DNA from: Candidatus Poribacteria bacterium
Lineage (GTDB): Bacteria > Poribacteria > WGA-4E > WGA-3G
Assembly (NCBI GenBank): GCA_965205015.1
Contig: OZ242029.1
Location: forward strand, 1,440,001 to 1,504,000
DNA length: 64,000 nucleotides
Direction of reading: 5' to 3'
Positions 1 through 9,723 of this stretch are shown here, piece by piece (position 1 is the stretch's first letter; each line of letters begins with the position of its first letter). The notes beneath the pieces are model-generated. The model was not told the origin of the DNA. It worked only from the letters and a program-made list of their open reading frames with translations, and made no database searches. The translations under genes and the position numbers were made by a program.

Positions 1-226
1 GAATCACACTGCCGATTAGCAACACATCCAAAAGTTGGAAAGCAGGATTGCGCGCAAAACGGGGATGCATAGGGTATCTCAGAAATACCACTATTAAGCC
101 CAGCATCGCGAAGAGTGCTAACTCCGACTGCGGTGTCAGTTGCGGGTAGTTGACCTCGGCTAAGATAAAGAGGCACAGCAGCACCGAAACTGTAAGAAAG
201 ATGTAGTTTTTTGAGTGTTGTTTCAA
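1..226 (-). CDS. TRAP transporter fused permease subunit, N-terminal part (runs off window)
   Basis: Manual translation from TTG at 226: LKQHSKNYIFLTVSVLLCLFILAEVNYPQLTPQSELALFAMLGLIVVFLRYPMHP..., hydrophobic helices resembling 4TM/12TM TRAP fusion N-termini. Confidence 0.55.
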   Translation of the reverse strand, partial: MKQHSKNYIFLTVSVLLCLFILAEVNYPQLTPQSELALFAMLGLIVVFLRYPMHPRFARNPAFQLLDVLLIGSVI

Positions 227-660
227 TGCAGTGAGCGAAATCTGCGTGGATTTTGTAGCGTAGACTTGCTTCGCAGTGAGAATCTGCGCTTTTAAAGGCA
301 CAACCTAACAGGTTATGCTACAAAGATGGTAACTCGCATTACACAGGCAAATGACGAAACATCTTATAATTGCTTTAAGTTTAACAGGAAACGAGACAGA
401 AGTCAAGGAAAAGGGATAGCACAAGCCATATACTTTGAAACATCTCTGGCTTTCAAATTTTGATTAATTCGCTGCTTTCAAATCCGCCCACTTACCAAGC
501 GACTTGCCAGCAGCCGATAGATGCCCGCGCAGCCGCACGGTCGCCACCTCTCGACGCGCCCCGGATAGCGAGACCTCTCCGAGTCGATAATAATACGGCA
601 CATTCGATTGCGCCGTTGTGTCCGTATACCAGTGATGCTTATTTGGGGGTAGGAATGTTA

Positions 661-1878
661 TTAGAAAACCTCCAATGTCCCGTCTCTTACAACCAGAACA
701 ACGGGATCATAAATCGGATCGCCGTTGGGATCAAAGGAGAACTTCCCTAAAATCGTGTCAAGATCCTTGATATTCGCCAAAGCCTCTCGGATCGCAGAAG
801 TATCCGTGGATTCAGCCTGAGTGATCGCTGCATTGAGAATATAAAGGGTTGCATACATAAATGCCGCGTATTTGTTGGGGTCCATACCATATTTGGCATT
901 GTAATTCTCCACAAACGCTTGGTTTCCAGGGGTATCAACAGTAGCACCCCATTCTACAAAAATCATCGCGCCTTCAGCAGCAGCACCGGCGGCTTGTATA
1001 TCTGTTCCGGTGAATGTGCGCATGATAAAGGGCACAGATATGCCGAGTTGATGCCCTTGGGTGAGTATCCCATGATTTTCTGGCGGTAAAGATGAAACAA
1101 AAATGACATCAGGATCCAATGCCTGTATACGGGTTAACTGTTCAGAAAAATCGGTATCACCGCTTTGGAAGGTTTCAGTGGCTATCACTTCAACCCCGTT
1201 ATGCGCGAGTGCTTCCCGAACTGCTATGTCCGCATCGGTGCTGAAAAGATCTACCGCATCATACAGTGTAGCGGCGCGTTGATAGCCAAGTTTTGCATGT
1301 GTTGTTTCAATACTGCTTGGCGTAAGCACATCTGTTGAAAGGGTAACACGGAAGACAAAATCACTCAGGGCACTGAGACCCCGGGCAGCGGATACAGGAC
1401 TTATTGCCACCACCTGATGCTCTTCTGCGATCGGAAACGCGACTTTCGCTTGAGCTGAATTCACGGGGCCGAGGATGACAGATACACCGTCTTGGTGAAT
1501 CAGCTTATTGAAGGCTTCAACGCCGCCTTCTATCGTGCTTTGGTCGTCTTCAATGGTGAATTTGAGGTGTGTACCCCTCGGTGCTGCAGCATTAATCTCA
1601 TCGAGTGCCAACTGAAAGCCTCTCGATAATGGGATGCCCATTTGATTGCTAAACCGACCTGTCAAGGGTAAGACGATACCGATGGAAATATCTTCGCTGG
1701 TTTCCATCATCTGAGGTGTGGTAGGTTGGATAATCTCGGAAACTCGGTCACAGGCGACCATGCTCAAAACCAAAACAGCCATAACGAACATAAACACGCC
1801 CGTCGTCGCAACAAAGGTATCTGCCCCGATGGTCAGCGGTGTTGAGAAACCTCGGATAGATGAAAAATTAACTCTCAA
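661..1878 (-). CDS. ABC transporter substrate-binding lipoprotein, branched-chain amino acid (LivJ/LivK-like) family
   Basis: Lipobox-like MVAC; IGIVLPLTG, LALDEINAA, GPVNSAQA, VFRVT and GKFSFDPNGD motifs of type 1 periplasmic binding proteins; true start probably downstream of 1878. Confidence 0.85.
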   Translation of the reverse strand: MRVNFSSIRGFSTPLTIGADTFVATTGVFMFVMAVLVLSMVACDRVSEIIQPTTPQMMETSEDISIGIVLPLTGRFSNQMGIPLSRGFQLALDEINAAAPRGTHLKFTIEDDQSTIEGGVEAFNKLIHQDGVSVILGPVNSAQAKVAFPIAEEHQVVAISPVSAARGLSALSDFVFRVTLSTDVLTPSSIETTHAKLGYQRAATLYDAVDLFSTDADIAVREALAHNGVEVIATETFQSGDTDFSEQLTRIQALDPDVIFVSSLPPENHGILTQGHQLGISVPFIMRTFTGTDIQAAGAAAEGAMIFVEWGATVDTPGNQAFVENYNAKYGMDPNKYAAFMYATLYILNAAITQAESTDTSAIREALANIKDLDTILGKFSFDPNGDPIYDPVVLVVRDGTLEVF

Positions 1879-1936
1879 TGGTTTGTACTCCCTCCTCTAT
1901 AACATAGTCTTTAGCATTGCCGGCTATTTCAAACTT

Positions 1937-2165
1937 TATAGTAACGTCGAAAAATAAGTTGACTTCTGTAGCATAAACTGTATGAAGATTAATTTTTTAA
2001 TTCGGTAATATGCGGGCAGGCACAAGACCTGCCCCTACAGTCGTTTTTTGGGGTAGAATTACCGAAATATTTATTTAAACTTCATTTAGTTTGTGCACCT
2101 TTCGCACGCAGACGAACAGTCTACGCTACAATAGAAATGTTCACATAATTATGGACTTTACTATA
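1937..2165. mobile_element. Nested MITE/REP composite: TATAGTA...TACTATA element whose REP is interrupted by an ATGAAG...CTTCAT element (1982-2085) carrying a GTAG-type REP
   Basis: Termini and internal GTAGCA..GCTACA REP match copy 21043-21167; inner element has inverted ends including TTCGGTAAT/ATTACCGAA and hairpin GGGCAGGCACAAGACCTGCCC. Confidence 0.6.
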
Positions 2166-2204
2166 AAACATTATTAATGCGTGAAACAAGCGGCACCGCT
2201 GATA

Positions 2205-4889
2205 CTATTTTCTTATCAACATCTTGCGCGTCGCGGTAAAGTCGCCTGTGGTGAGGGTGTAGAAATACAAACCACTCGCCACGGGTTCACCCACAGCGTT
2301 TCTGCCATCCCAATACGCAGCACGCTCCCGACTGTTATAGAAGCCTGCGGATTGATAACCGAGGGAAAGTGTGCGGATCAACCTACCGGTTGTATCATAA
2401 ATAGAGACAGAGACTGGACTGTCTTCGGAGAGTTGATACGGAATCCACGTTTCCGGGTTAAACGGGTTCGGGTAGTTCTGCAACAGGAGATTCTGCTCCG
2501 GTCTACCAATACCATCAAGTCTGACAGACAAAACGGCGTTCGCTAAATGCTCAGGGGTCACTTTGAAAGTGAGGGTCTGAGATTCAACATTTCCAGATGG
2601 ACCGATGACACGTAGCTCAACCCTGTCTCCAACTTCAACGACGCTGCGTCGCGTTAAGTCGGCAGTCGCAGCAGCGAAATAATCCCCTTGGACGGAGGCG
2701 GCTATCTCGCTATTTGTTCTCAGGTTACGGACGATGACCTTGTAGCCGTCAAACGTTGGTTTACCTTTCAAATGCCCACTGACGACGAATGCCCATGCTT
2801 CTTGGGGGGTCTGCGTGGAGAGAGCAGGTGCGGCAGCAGCTTCCGTCGTTTCGGTGGGATCCGTCCACGGTGCGCCGACGAATGCGAAGTTTCGGATTTC
2901 AGGGACATTGACGATATAGCCGTGTCCACCTTCAATGGAGAAACCGTCATTGGGGGCATCTGGTGTCCATGCCACGAATTTTTGGTTTGGCGCGTCAAAC
3001 ATGATGAGAGTTGTCGCCCCTGCCATGGCGACAAGTGCCTTGGCAGTCATCGGTGTTGCGGGTGCCAGAGGCACAGACAGCATGTTCAACCCTTTAGAGA
3101 GCGTGACGGTGTAGACGTTGCTGTAACTTCCCGCTTCCACTTGTGAGGCAGGTCTTGCGATAAACCCGTGTCTGCGTCCATCGGGGGAGTCATAGTGCCC
3201 GACGACAGAGCCGTCCTGATTGATATTCCAGCCCTCCGTGCTAACGCTCCCCGGAAACCGCAACTCACGTAGGTTGACGGGGTTGCCGATATAAGTGCGC
3301 GGGACATCACCCGCCTCTTTCGCGCGGCCAATGACACTTCTTGATTCGTTGAAGCCGTGGAGAAAAAAGTATTCCAGATTTAGGGCGGATGGAAGGTCGA
3401 TATATAAAAACCTACCCGTCCGACCCCGTACGTATGCGTGATAGGTGCCCGCCGCATCGGTGTAGCTGCCCACGATATTGCCTGCCCAACTCACAAAATC
3501 GGCATACGTTGCCGATGCGCCAGGGACCTCAATGATTGTATCGCCTGAGAACCCACGGCGAACGCCGGACGCATCTGTAAAATTACCCGTCAGTCTCCCT
3601 GTCGCATCACTGTAACCGTATATCTCCGTTTCAACAGCACCCGGAAAATCGTATGGGTGCAACTTACCCTCTTCCAAGACGACACCGTGGTAGAGACCGT
3701 CGCTATCTTGGTAGTGTCCCGCGGCGACCCCATTATTACCGAGGGCAAAGAAATAAGTGCCTTGCGAGCCAGGGTAATCGTAGGTTGTAAAAACGCCATC
3801 AATCAACGTAAAGCCGACCATTTTTTGACCATCGGCACTCCGAGTGTTCCCGGCGTAATCCTCAAAGTCACTACTTGCAGTTATCTCTAAAAAGTCTACA
3901 CCCGGCACATCAATTGTCTCGAATGTAAAGCCGGCGAGTGTGCCAGATCGTCTGCTGACGCTTGGAGCAGTGCTCTCTACCGGTTTTGCAATGAACCCGT
4001 GTCTGCGTCCATCGGGGGAGTCGTAGTGCCCGACGACGGAGCCGTCCTGATTGATGTTCCACCCCTCTGTGACAACGCTATCCGGAACCCGTAATTCTTG
4101 TAGGTTGAGGACGTTGCCCACATAAGTGCGCGGGACACCCCCTACCGGTTTGGCGCGCCCAACAGCAATCACTCTATCGTTGATACTGTGGAGAAAAAAA
4201 TAGTCCAACACTCCTTGTAGTGGAAGGTTGATCGTTGCAAAACTCCCCTTCTCACCCCGGACGTATGCATGATAGGTGCCTGCAGCATCCACGTAACTTC
4301 CCACGATATTGCTGAACCCACTCACAAAATCGGCGTAAGTTGCCGATGCGCCGGGATACGCAACGATTGTGTCGCCTGAGAAACCGCGCCGAACACCAGA
4401 AACATCTATAAAATTACCCGTCAGTCTCCCAGTGGCATCACTATAACCGAAGATTTGGGTTTCAACAGCACCCGGAAAATCGTATTGCCGCATTTCGCCG
4501 TTTTCCAAGATAACGCCATGATACAGACCGTTGCTATCTTGATAGTGGCCCGCAGCTTGACCATTATTGCCGAGTGCATAGAAATAGGTGTTCTGTGCGT
4601 CCGGGAACTCATAGGTCGTAAAAACGCCATCAATCAGCGTAAAGCCGATTTCTTTTTCACCATCGGCACTTTTCGTGTAGCCTGCGTAGTCCTCGAAGTC
4701 ACTACTTGCCGTCACCGCTAAGAAGTCTACACCGGGAACGTCGATCGTCTCAAAGGTATAGTTGGCATTGGCGGGTGCGACAACGGGTTCGGTGTTGTCT
4801 TGTGCTGCAGTATCCGTTACGAAAAAGGAAACGAGGCATAAGAATAACGTAAATATGGAAAACAAACCTGTTTTCATCTGAGTATACAT
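2205..4889 (-). CDS. Secreted protein with two tandem ~270-aa beta-rich repeat domains and a C-terminal T9SS-CTD/FlgD-Ig-like domain
   Basis: Signal peptide; (Y/F)TFETIDVPGVDFL...HGFIA(K/R)P occurs twice; ends LLQNYPNPFNPETWIPYQL...TATRKMLIRK. Confidence 0.8.
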   Translation of the reverse strand: MYTQMKTGLFSIFTLFLCLVSFFVTDTAAQDNTEPVVAPANANYTFETIDVPGVDFLAVTASSDFEDYAGYTKSADGEKEIGFTLIDGVFTTYEFPDAQNTYFYALGNNGQAAGHYQDSNGLYHGVILENGEMRQYDFPGAVETQIFGYSDATGRLTGNFIDVSGVRRGFSGDTIVAYPGASATYADFVSGFSNIVGSYVDAAGTYHAYVRGEKGSFATINLPLQGVLDYFFLHSINDRVIAVGRAKPVGGVPRTYVGNVLNLQELRVPDSVVTEGWNINQDGSVVGHYDSPDGRRHGFIAKPVESTAPSVSRRSGTLAGFTFETIDVPGVDFLEITASSDFEDYAGNTRSADGQKMVGFTLIDGVFTTYDYPGSQGTYFFALGNNGVAAGHYQDSDGLYHGVVLEEGKLHPYDFPGAVETEIYGYSDATGRLTGNFTDASGVRRGFSGDTIIEVPGASATYADFVSWAGNIVGSYTDAAGTYHAYVRGRTGRFLYIDLPSALNLEYFFLHGFNESRSVIGRAKEAGDVPRTYIGNPVNLRELRFPGSVSTEGWNINQDGSVVGHYDSPDGRRHGFIARPASQVEAGSYSNVYTVTLSKGLNMLSVPLAPATPMTAKALVAMAGATTLIMFDAPNQKFVAWTPDAPNDGFSIEGGHGYIVNVPEIRNFAFVGAPWTDPTETTEAAAAPALSTQTPQEAWAFVVSGHLKGKPTFDGYKVIVRNLRTNSEIAASVQGDYFAAATADLTRRSVVEVGDRVELRVIGPSGNVESQTLTFKVTPEHLANAVLSVRLDGIGRPEQNLLLQNYPNPFNPETWIPYQLSEDSPVSVSIYDTTGRLIRTLSLGYQSAGFYNSRERAAYWDGRNAVGEPVASGLYFYTLTTGDFTATRKMLIRK

Positions 4890-4901
4890 AGTAAAAATCT
4901 C

Positions 4902-5717
4902 TTAGTTGTCGATGTAATCCGAACGGAGTTGAAACCTATGCAGGACCTGGTTCCATTTACCTGCGGATCTCTCAAGGTGCGCTGCATCCGCCTGTATCAC
5001 TTCTTCTAAGGCGTAGTAAGCCGCGGCATCTTCCTGAGTGGCAAACGCAAATTCAACGAGTCGGTGTGGAGATTCACCGTAATAGTTGTCGTAAGAGGCA
5101 CTCGCCTTGAGTTGCATTGGGGCAAATGCCTCTATAGGCAGATCCCTGAGACTCTCCAGATATGCTTGTTTTCCACCGGGACTGTAGTCAATCAGATAAA
5201 CGTGTTTTATCTGCCAATCGCCTTCTTCTTTTGCGTGGCTATAGTCAACATCCTCGATAAATGTGTATGTGACCATTTTGCTTGCGACATCCGGGAAGCC
5301 TGCGAAAATCTCGGCGATCTCTGGGCGGTTGAGATAGGTCGCTGCATCGAGAAAACTCTTAAAATCAAACGCAACCATCCGATGTGGACGCATTTCAGGG
5401 TCTTGATTGTCGTAAGACCTGACCCTCACAAGTTCTTCGGGGGCTTGCAGCGTCTCCACAATGGTGGCGACCCCCTCAATATAAGTCTCCTTGCCGCCCT
5501 CTGGGTAGTCGATGAACAAGACCACCCGGACGGGATTGGATTGCATACCCGTCACGGTAGTGTCCGTGCCGGAGTCCGATGGCACCCCATCTATTACCAT
5601 CCTTTGTGCTTTTTCACACCCCGCCAGTGCGACGAGTGCGATGAGAAGTATCAAAGATAAATGGGGACATCTCAAATTCACGATTTTGTCTCCTTTGTAA
5701 AAAAGTAAATTGCCCAA
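4902..5717 (-). CDS. Putative lipoprotein with two repeated alpha/beta-barrel (EthD-like) halves
   Basis: LAGC lipobox; IDYxxGGK..Y ... SYDN ... PHR(M/L)V.F.F repeated twice. Confidence 0.6.
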   Translation of the reverse strand: MGNLLFYKGDKIVNLRCPHLSLILLIALVALAGCEKAQRMVIDGVPSDSGTDTTVTGMQSNPVRVVLFIDYPEGGKETYIEGVATIVETLQAPEELVRVRSYDNQDPEMRPHRMVAFDFKSFLDAATYLNRPEIAEIFAGFPDVASKMVTYTFIEDVDYSHAKEEGDWQIKHVYLIDYSPGGKQAYLESLRDLPIEAFAPMQLKASASYDNYYGESPHRLVEFAFATQEDAAAYYALEEVIQADAAHLERSAGKWNQVLHRFQLRSDYIDN

Positions 5718-5796
5718 ACCTTCGGACGGGAACGATCATTGGGAATCTCATAAACATCGGTTTCCTTCGGGCTATTATAAGGTCCTATGTGGACAT

Positions 5797-6255
5797 CTAC
5801 ATGCCGCTGTGTGCTGGCTTTCTTAGCAAATGCTCAGGTGGCAATTCTCCTGTCAAAGTCTTCAAAAATTCGACCAAATCGTTTTTTTCTTGTTCACTCA
5901 GATTGAGAGGCGCTCTCAGCACCCCCGCCATACCCGGAAACGCAGTTGTGTAGCCACCCGCATCTTTAAATTCAATCACGGACATGAGCGTCGGAAATTC
6001 ACCGGTGTGGAAATAAGGTGCCGTCACGGCAGGCAACGGCGATAATTCTGTTATAAGTACCCATTCGTCTATGCTGAAAAAGTCTGGTCCCTGTTCAAGG
6101 CTTTCGATTTCGGACAAAACATCATCAATAGGGGGCTCATCACATCCCATATAGAGTAGAGCACTACTAAAAAGAAAAATAACAAAAACCAATGAAAATC
6201 TTTTAAAATCAAATCGCATATTTGCGCGCCTCGGATTGTCGAATTTATGCTTCAA
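5797..6255 (-). pseudogene. Internally deleted cytochrome c peroxidase/MauG-family lipoprotein (signal plus C-terminal segment only)
   Basis: TAPYFHTG...LNLSEQEKNDLVEFLKTLTG matches the di-heme peroxidase C-terminus; no CxxCH in 152 aa. Confidence 0.55.
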
Positions 6256-6529
6256 TAGAGCGTCCGTGCTTATTCGCCCGGATATATCCCGATAGAAGCG
6301 CTTTCAAGCGTTCAGGTGTCCCTGGAAACGAGATGCTCATCGAGTCGGGTACCTCGACACCACACGTTACGATTATCGACTCACCCGTGATGAACTTAAC
6401 AATACAGACCCTTGAACCGACGCGTTTGATACCACTGACGCGGCTCGGATCTATGCTCTTGCTACCGAGCCGCATTTTCGGGATGCTCTGAGGGTTTCCG
6501 GTGTCCATTAAAATATCCTCCGATCTCAT
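6245..6529 (-). CDS. Hypothetical protein
   Basis: 94-aa ORF; GGAGG SD upstream of internal Met (MDTGNP); overlaps next minus-strand ORF. Confidence 0.5.
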   Translation of the reverse strand: MRSEDILMDTGNPQSIPKMRLGSKSIDPSRVSGIKRVGSRVCIVKFITGESIIVTCGVEVPDSMSISFPGTPERLKALLSGYIRANKHGRSIEA

Positions 6530-6582
6530 AGGTTGTTTTCGAGTTGACCACCACAGCTTTTAGATTTCCGCACATTTACCGA

Positions 6583-7175
6583 AAACCTTATTTTTTCAAG
6601 GCTGCCCAAGTGCCGACCTGTTTCCGTCTAACCAGACTCGGTGCCGCCGGCGCCGGTTGCTTGTAGAACCCGGGAGACCCCATGTCTTCCCGATGTCCAT
6701 AGTAATAAACCTCCGAGGGCGACTCGCTCGGGACGACCTGATAAGAGACCCGCGCCTGGTTCTGATGGAGCGGTGCCACCGGATCCCCTAACGCACCAAA
6801 AGCTTCCCGACCGAGACGGTGAATCTCTGTGCCATCGGCATCCGTCAACACCCAGCCGAGTTTGAGGACGTTCTCTATGTTCAAGTTGTAGACCTGTGTG
6901 GAAACCTCTATCCCGGAAAACTTTCTCGCCGGGAGACGTTGCGTTGCTAAGATGACAACACCGCCCCCTGGAATACTAAACCCGTCCTCTGTTGCGGCGA
7001 GTGTCAGTGTGTGGACTTTATGGGGGGCGGTGGCCGACCGTCGGGTGGCGTATTGGAACGTGTAGCCTTTGAGGTTGACGGTTTCCTCGGTGTTGGGGTT
7101 ATATACCTCAATCCACTGTGGTAATCCACCACTCCCAGCAGACCAATCTCTGACCATATACTCTGTCACGCGTAT
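6583..7175. repeat. Direct repeat copy 1 of the constant 3' half of the paralogous genes (copy 2 about 8140-8726)
   Basis: Long identical DNA runs, e.g. GCTGCCCAAGTGCCGACCTGTTTCCGTCTAACCAGACTCGG at 6601 and 8158. Confidence 0.9.
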
Positions 7176-7850
7176 CGGTTGCATCAGCGGAGACCCGGGG
7201 CGCCTTTCTTGAGACGCATTTGTCTCAATAGGGACCACCGATTGCGGGGGACCGGATGTCCTTGCCGGCGATTCAGTTGTGGTGTCTGGGGTGGTAGCCG
7301 GTGGACTGTTTCCCGTCCCTGTTGTAACGGGTATATCAGACACTGGGTCCACTGGAGGATCCGGTGTTGGATTCACTACTGCGGGATCTGGTGTTATATC
7401 CCGTTGACTTACCCTTAAACCTAAACCAGTCTGACTGCTACCTCCTCCCCGTTCCTGAACAGGCGGTTCCGGGTACCGTGAAGGATCCCACTCCGGTGAA
7501 GGCACTGACGGTCTCGGCGGTATCGTATTCTTATCACGGCTAAAATGAGCAATTAGGGTCCTGCCATCAGAATATTTATATTCATGCGTATGGACCCCTT
7601 CTTCGCCAGCTCTGGCAACATCGTGATAAGTCATCTCAACAGTAACCCCATCTCTTTTTGGTTCTTCAACCTCATGTGCGCTCACATACGATACTGTAAA
7701 TATAACCGCAGTCAAAGCGAGGGCACAGAGAATAGATAAAATGCTGAATCTAAACATTTTGAAATTCATTTTTACATACCCTGCTGTGGAGATGGTCAAA
7801 AAAAAGGGGTCTCTATTAGTTTTCATACGCGTTAGTAGAAAGACTTTCAT
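6588..7850 (-). CDS. Secreted protein, paralog 1: variable N-domain, Pro/Thr linker, lamin-tail-domain-like C-domain, KQVGTWAALKK tail
   Basis: Signal peptide (MNFKMFRF...VSAH); TEYMV...QWIEVYNP...VNLKGY LTD-like motif; C-terminal ~195 aa highly similar to 8145..9440. Confidence 0.75.
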   Translation of the reverse strand: MKVFLLTRMKTNRDPFFLTISTAGYVKMNFKMFRFSILSILCALALTAVIFTVSYVSAHEVEEPKRDGVTVEMTYHDVARAGEEGVHTHEYKYSDGRTLIAHFSRDKNTIPPRPSVPSPEWDPSRYPEPPVQERGGGSSQTGLGLRVSQRDITPDPAVVNPTPDPPVDPVSDIPVTTGTGNSPPATTPDTTTESPARTSGPPQSVVPIETNASQERRPGSPLMQPIRVTEYMVRDWSAGSGGLPQWIEVYNPNTEETVNLKGYTFQYATRRSATAPHKVHTLTLAATEDGFSIPGGGVVILATQRLPARKFSGIEVSTQVYNLNIENVLKLGWVLTDADGTEIHRLGREAFGALGDPVAPLHQNQARVSYQVVPSESPSEVYYYGHREDMGSPGFYKQPAPAAPSLVRRKQVGTWAALKK

Positions 7851-7897
7851 CTTGCGAAGAGGACTGAGCGCCAGAGGCGGGTCGCTTGACGCTTCAA
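7847..7897 (-). CDS. 16-aa leader peptide MKRQATRLWRSVLFAR (copy 1)
   Basis: AAAGGAGG SD, TTG start; TGA overlaps the ATG of 6588..7850 (ATGA); peptide identical in copy 2. Confidence 0.5.
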   Translation of the reverse strand: MKRQATRLWRSVLFAR

Positions 7898-7986
7898 ACG
7901 TCTCCTCCTTTCTAATGCCCTATAGTTACTTGGGTCACTTTTTACTTATTTATCATATAAAATATAAATGACATAGGTAACTAAGG

Positions 7987-8015
7987 ATTATACAAAATTT
8001 TCAGATAAAAAGCAA
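7987..8015 (-). promoter_or_regulatory. sigma70-type promoter TTGCTT-N17-TATAAT (copy 2 at 9927-9955 has -10 TATCAT)
   Basis: Motif and spacing read directly and conserved in the duplicated leader. Confidence 0.6.
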
Positions 8016-8102
8016 ATTATATCTACAAAAATTGCTAATTTTTCTTAAAAAACGATGTCAACCGATGTAGATCGCCATGAGAATGCACGCAAAGCCGCTG
8101 AA

Positions 8103-8135
8103 TCTTGTGGGGGTCTATCGGTGCCCCCCACAAGA
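8103..8135 (-). terminator. Hairpin downstream of paralog 2
   Basis: TCTTGTGGGGG ... CCCCCACAAGA 11-bp stem about 10 nt after the stop. Confidence 0.5.
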
Positions 8136-8144
8136 GATAAAACC

Positions 8145-9440
8145 TTATTTTTTCAAGGCTGCCCAAGTGCCGACCTGTTTCCGTCTAACCAGACTCGGTG
8201 CCGCCGGCGCCGGTTGCTTGTAGAACCCGGGAGACCCCATGTCTTCCCGATGTCCATAGTAATAAACCTCCGGGGGCGACTCGCTCGGGACGACCTGATA
8301 AGAGACACGCGCCCCGTTCTGATGGAGCGGTGCCACCGGATCCCCTAACGCACTAAAGGCAGCCCTACCGAGACGCTGAATCTCCTTGCCATCGGCATCC
8401 GTCAACACCCACCCGCGTTTGAGGACGTTGTCTATGCTCAGGTTGTAGACCTGGGAGGCTCCAATACCGGAAAATCGCCATGCCGAAACTGTTTCGGTTG
8501 ATAGGATCGCGACACCGCCTCCCGCGATGCTGAACCCGTCCTCTGTTCCGGCGAGTGTCAGCGTATGGACTTTATAGGGGGCGGTGGCTGACCGTCGGGT
8601 GGCGTATTGGAACGTGTAGCCTTTGAGGTTGACTGCCTCGGTGTTGGGGTTATACACCTCAATCCACTGTGGTAATCCACCACTCCCAGCAGACCAATCT
8701 CTGACCATATACTCTGTGATGCGTATGGGTAATAAAGGTTGAGGCTCGGGTTGCGTTTCTGGTGTACCCTCAAGCGTTGTTCCGTATTTTTGTTGGGCTC
8801 TGAGGAAATTTTGTTCTGTGCTTGTGTCCACAGGGGTTCCGCTATCACCTGTTTCGGATGTCCCTTCAGATGTGCCACCCGTTGCTACCGTTGTGGGTTG
8901 AGGAACCGTCGGTTGGGTAACCGTTGGTTGATTATTAGGCGGCTGATTATTCGGTGGTTGATTATTCGGTGGCTGATCCACAGTCGTATCTGTGCGCCTA
9001 CCTACTCCATCGTGGTCGAAACTCCATGAAAGACCCGGGTGCGTGTGATCATCATCTCCTAGAGTATACGCGTGCGTGTGTGTCCCTGTATGTGTGTGAA
9101 CCACGTAGTCGTCATGTTGGTGGGTATAAAGGGTATGCGTATGCTCTGTATCGACGAGCTCTTCGCGCACCCAGTCTGTAATACCCTCATCATTAGAATG
9201 GAGATCACCGTGGGGAGTTTTCCAATGCTCGTGATACCGGGCGGGATCACCCTCCCCTCCGCCAGCCGTCGTCCCATAGTGCGAGTGGATTGCATTGCTA
9301 TGACAATGCCGCTTTCCATCATGATCATGACAAATAGTAACGTAATTAGGATTAGCAGGTGTGTGTGCGTATACAGATGAAATAGCCGTCAATACACTAA
9401 AAACGAATAAGACGCTAAAAGTCAGTATTCTTGAAACCAT
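8145..9440 (-). CDS. Secreted protein, paralog 2: His-rich N-domain, NNQPP/Thr linker, LTD-like C-domain
   Basis: Start moved to ATG 9440 (AGGAGA SD, signal peptide MVSRIL...VYAH); HTHTLYTHQHDDYVVHTHTGTHTH; shared C-terminus with paralog 1. Confidence 0.75.
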   Translation of the reverse strand: MVSRILTFSVLFVFSVLTAISSVYAHTPANPNYVTICHDHDGKRHCHSNAIHSHYGTTAGGGEGDPARYHEHWKTPHGDLHSNDEGITDWVREELVDTEHTHTLYTHQHDDYVVHTHTGTHTHAYTLGDDDHTHPGLSWSFDHDGVGRRTDTTVDQPPNNQPPNNQPPNNQPTVTQPTVPQPTTVATGGTSEGTSETGDSGTPVDTSTEQNFLRAQQKYGTTLEGTPETQPEPQPLLPIRITEYMVRDWSAGSGGLPQWIEVYNPNTEAVNLKGYTFQYATRRSATAPYKVHTLTLAGTEDGFSIAGGGVAILSTETVSAWRFSGIGASQVYNLSIDNVLKRGWVLTDADGKEIQRLGRAAFSALGDPVAPLHQNGARVSYQVVPSESPPEVYYYGHREDMGSPGFYKQPAPAAPSLVRRKQVGTWAALKK

Positions 9441-9723
9441 TTTTCTAAATCTCCTTTTTTTGTAGACGTTGAAAGAATAACCGTTATCAAAACAAACGGT
9501 CGCGATACTTGCTGTAACAAAAATAGCCCGCAACGCGGCAAGCGTGTGGAAACGCAGCGCGGGCGGGCGCGCAAAAAAAAACCGCGACAGCAGCAGCGCT
9601 GCGGACGCAGTTCATGAGATAGATATGTAAAATTACTCTACTTGAGTTGAGTGGGGGGGGGAGACTCGCGTCTTGACTAACGACACACCAGCCGGATACC
9701 GGGACCCAGCACAGAGGCACGTT

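Larger units (their letters stand above)
7782..8048 (-). repeat. Duplicated ~265-bp leader copy 1 (promoter, hairpin, uORF); copy 2 at 9724-9988
   Basis: Direct comparison shows high identity, e.g. CATCTTGCGAAGAGGACTGAGCGCCAGAGGCGGGTCGCTTGACG in both. Confidence 0.9.

Noticed and set aside
6583-8726. Diversity-generating retroelement TR/VR pair
   Set aside because: Both copies are coding, the differences do not look adenine-specific, and no reverse transcriptase is present
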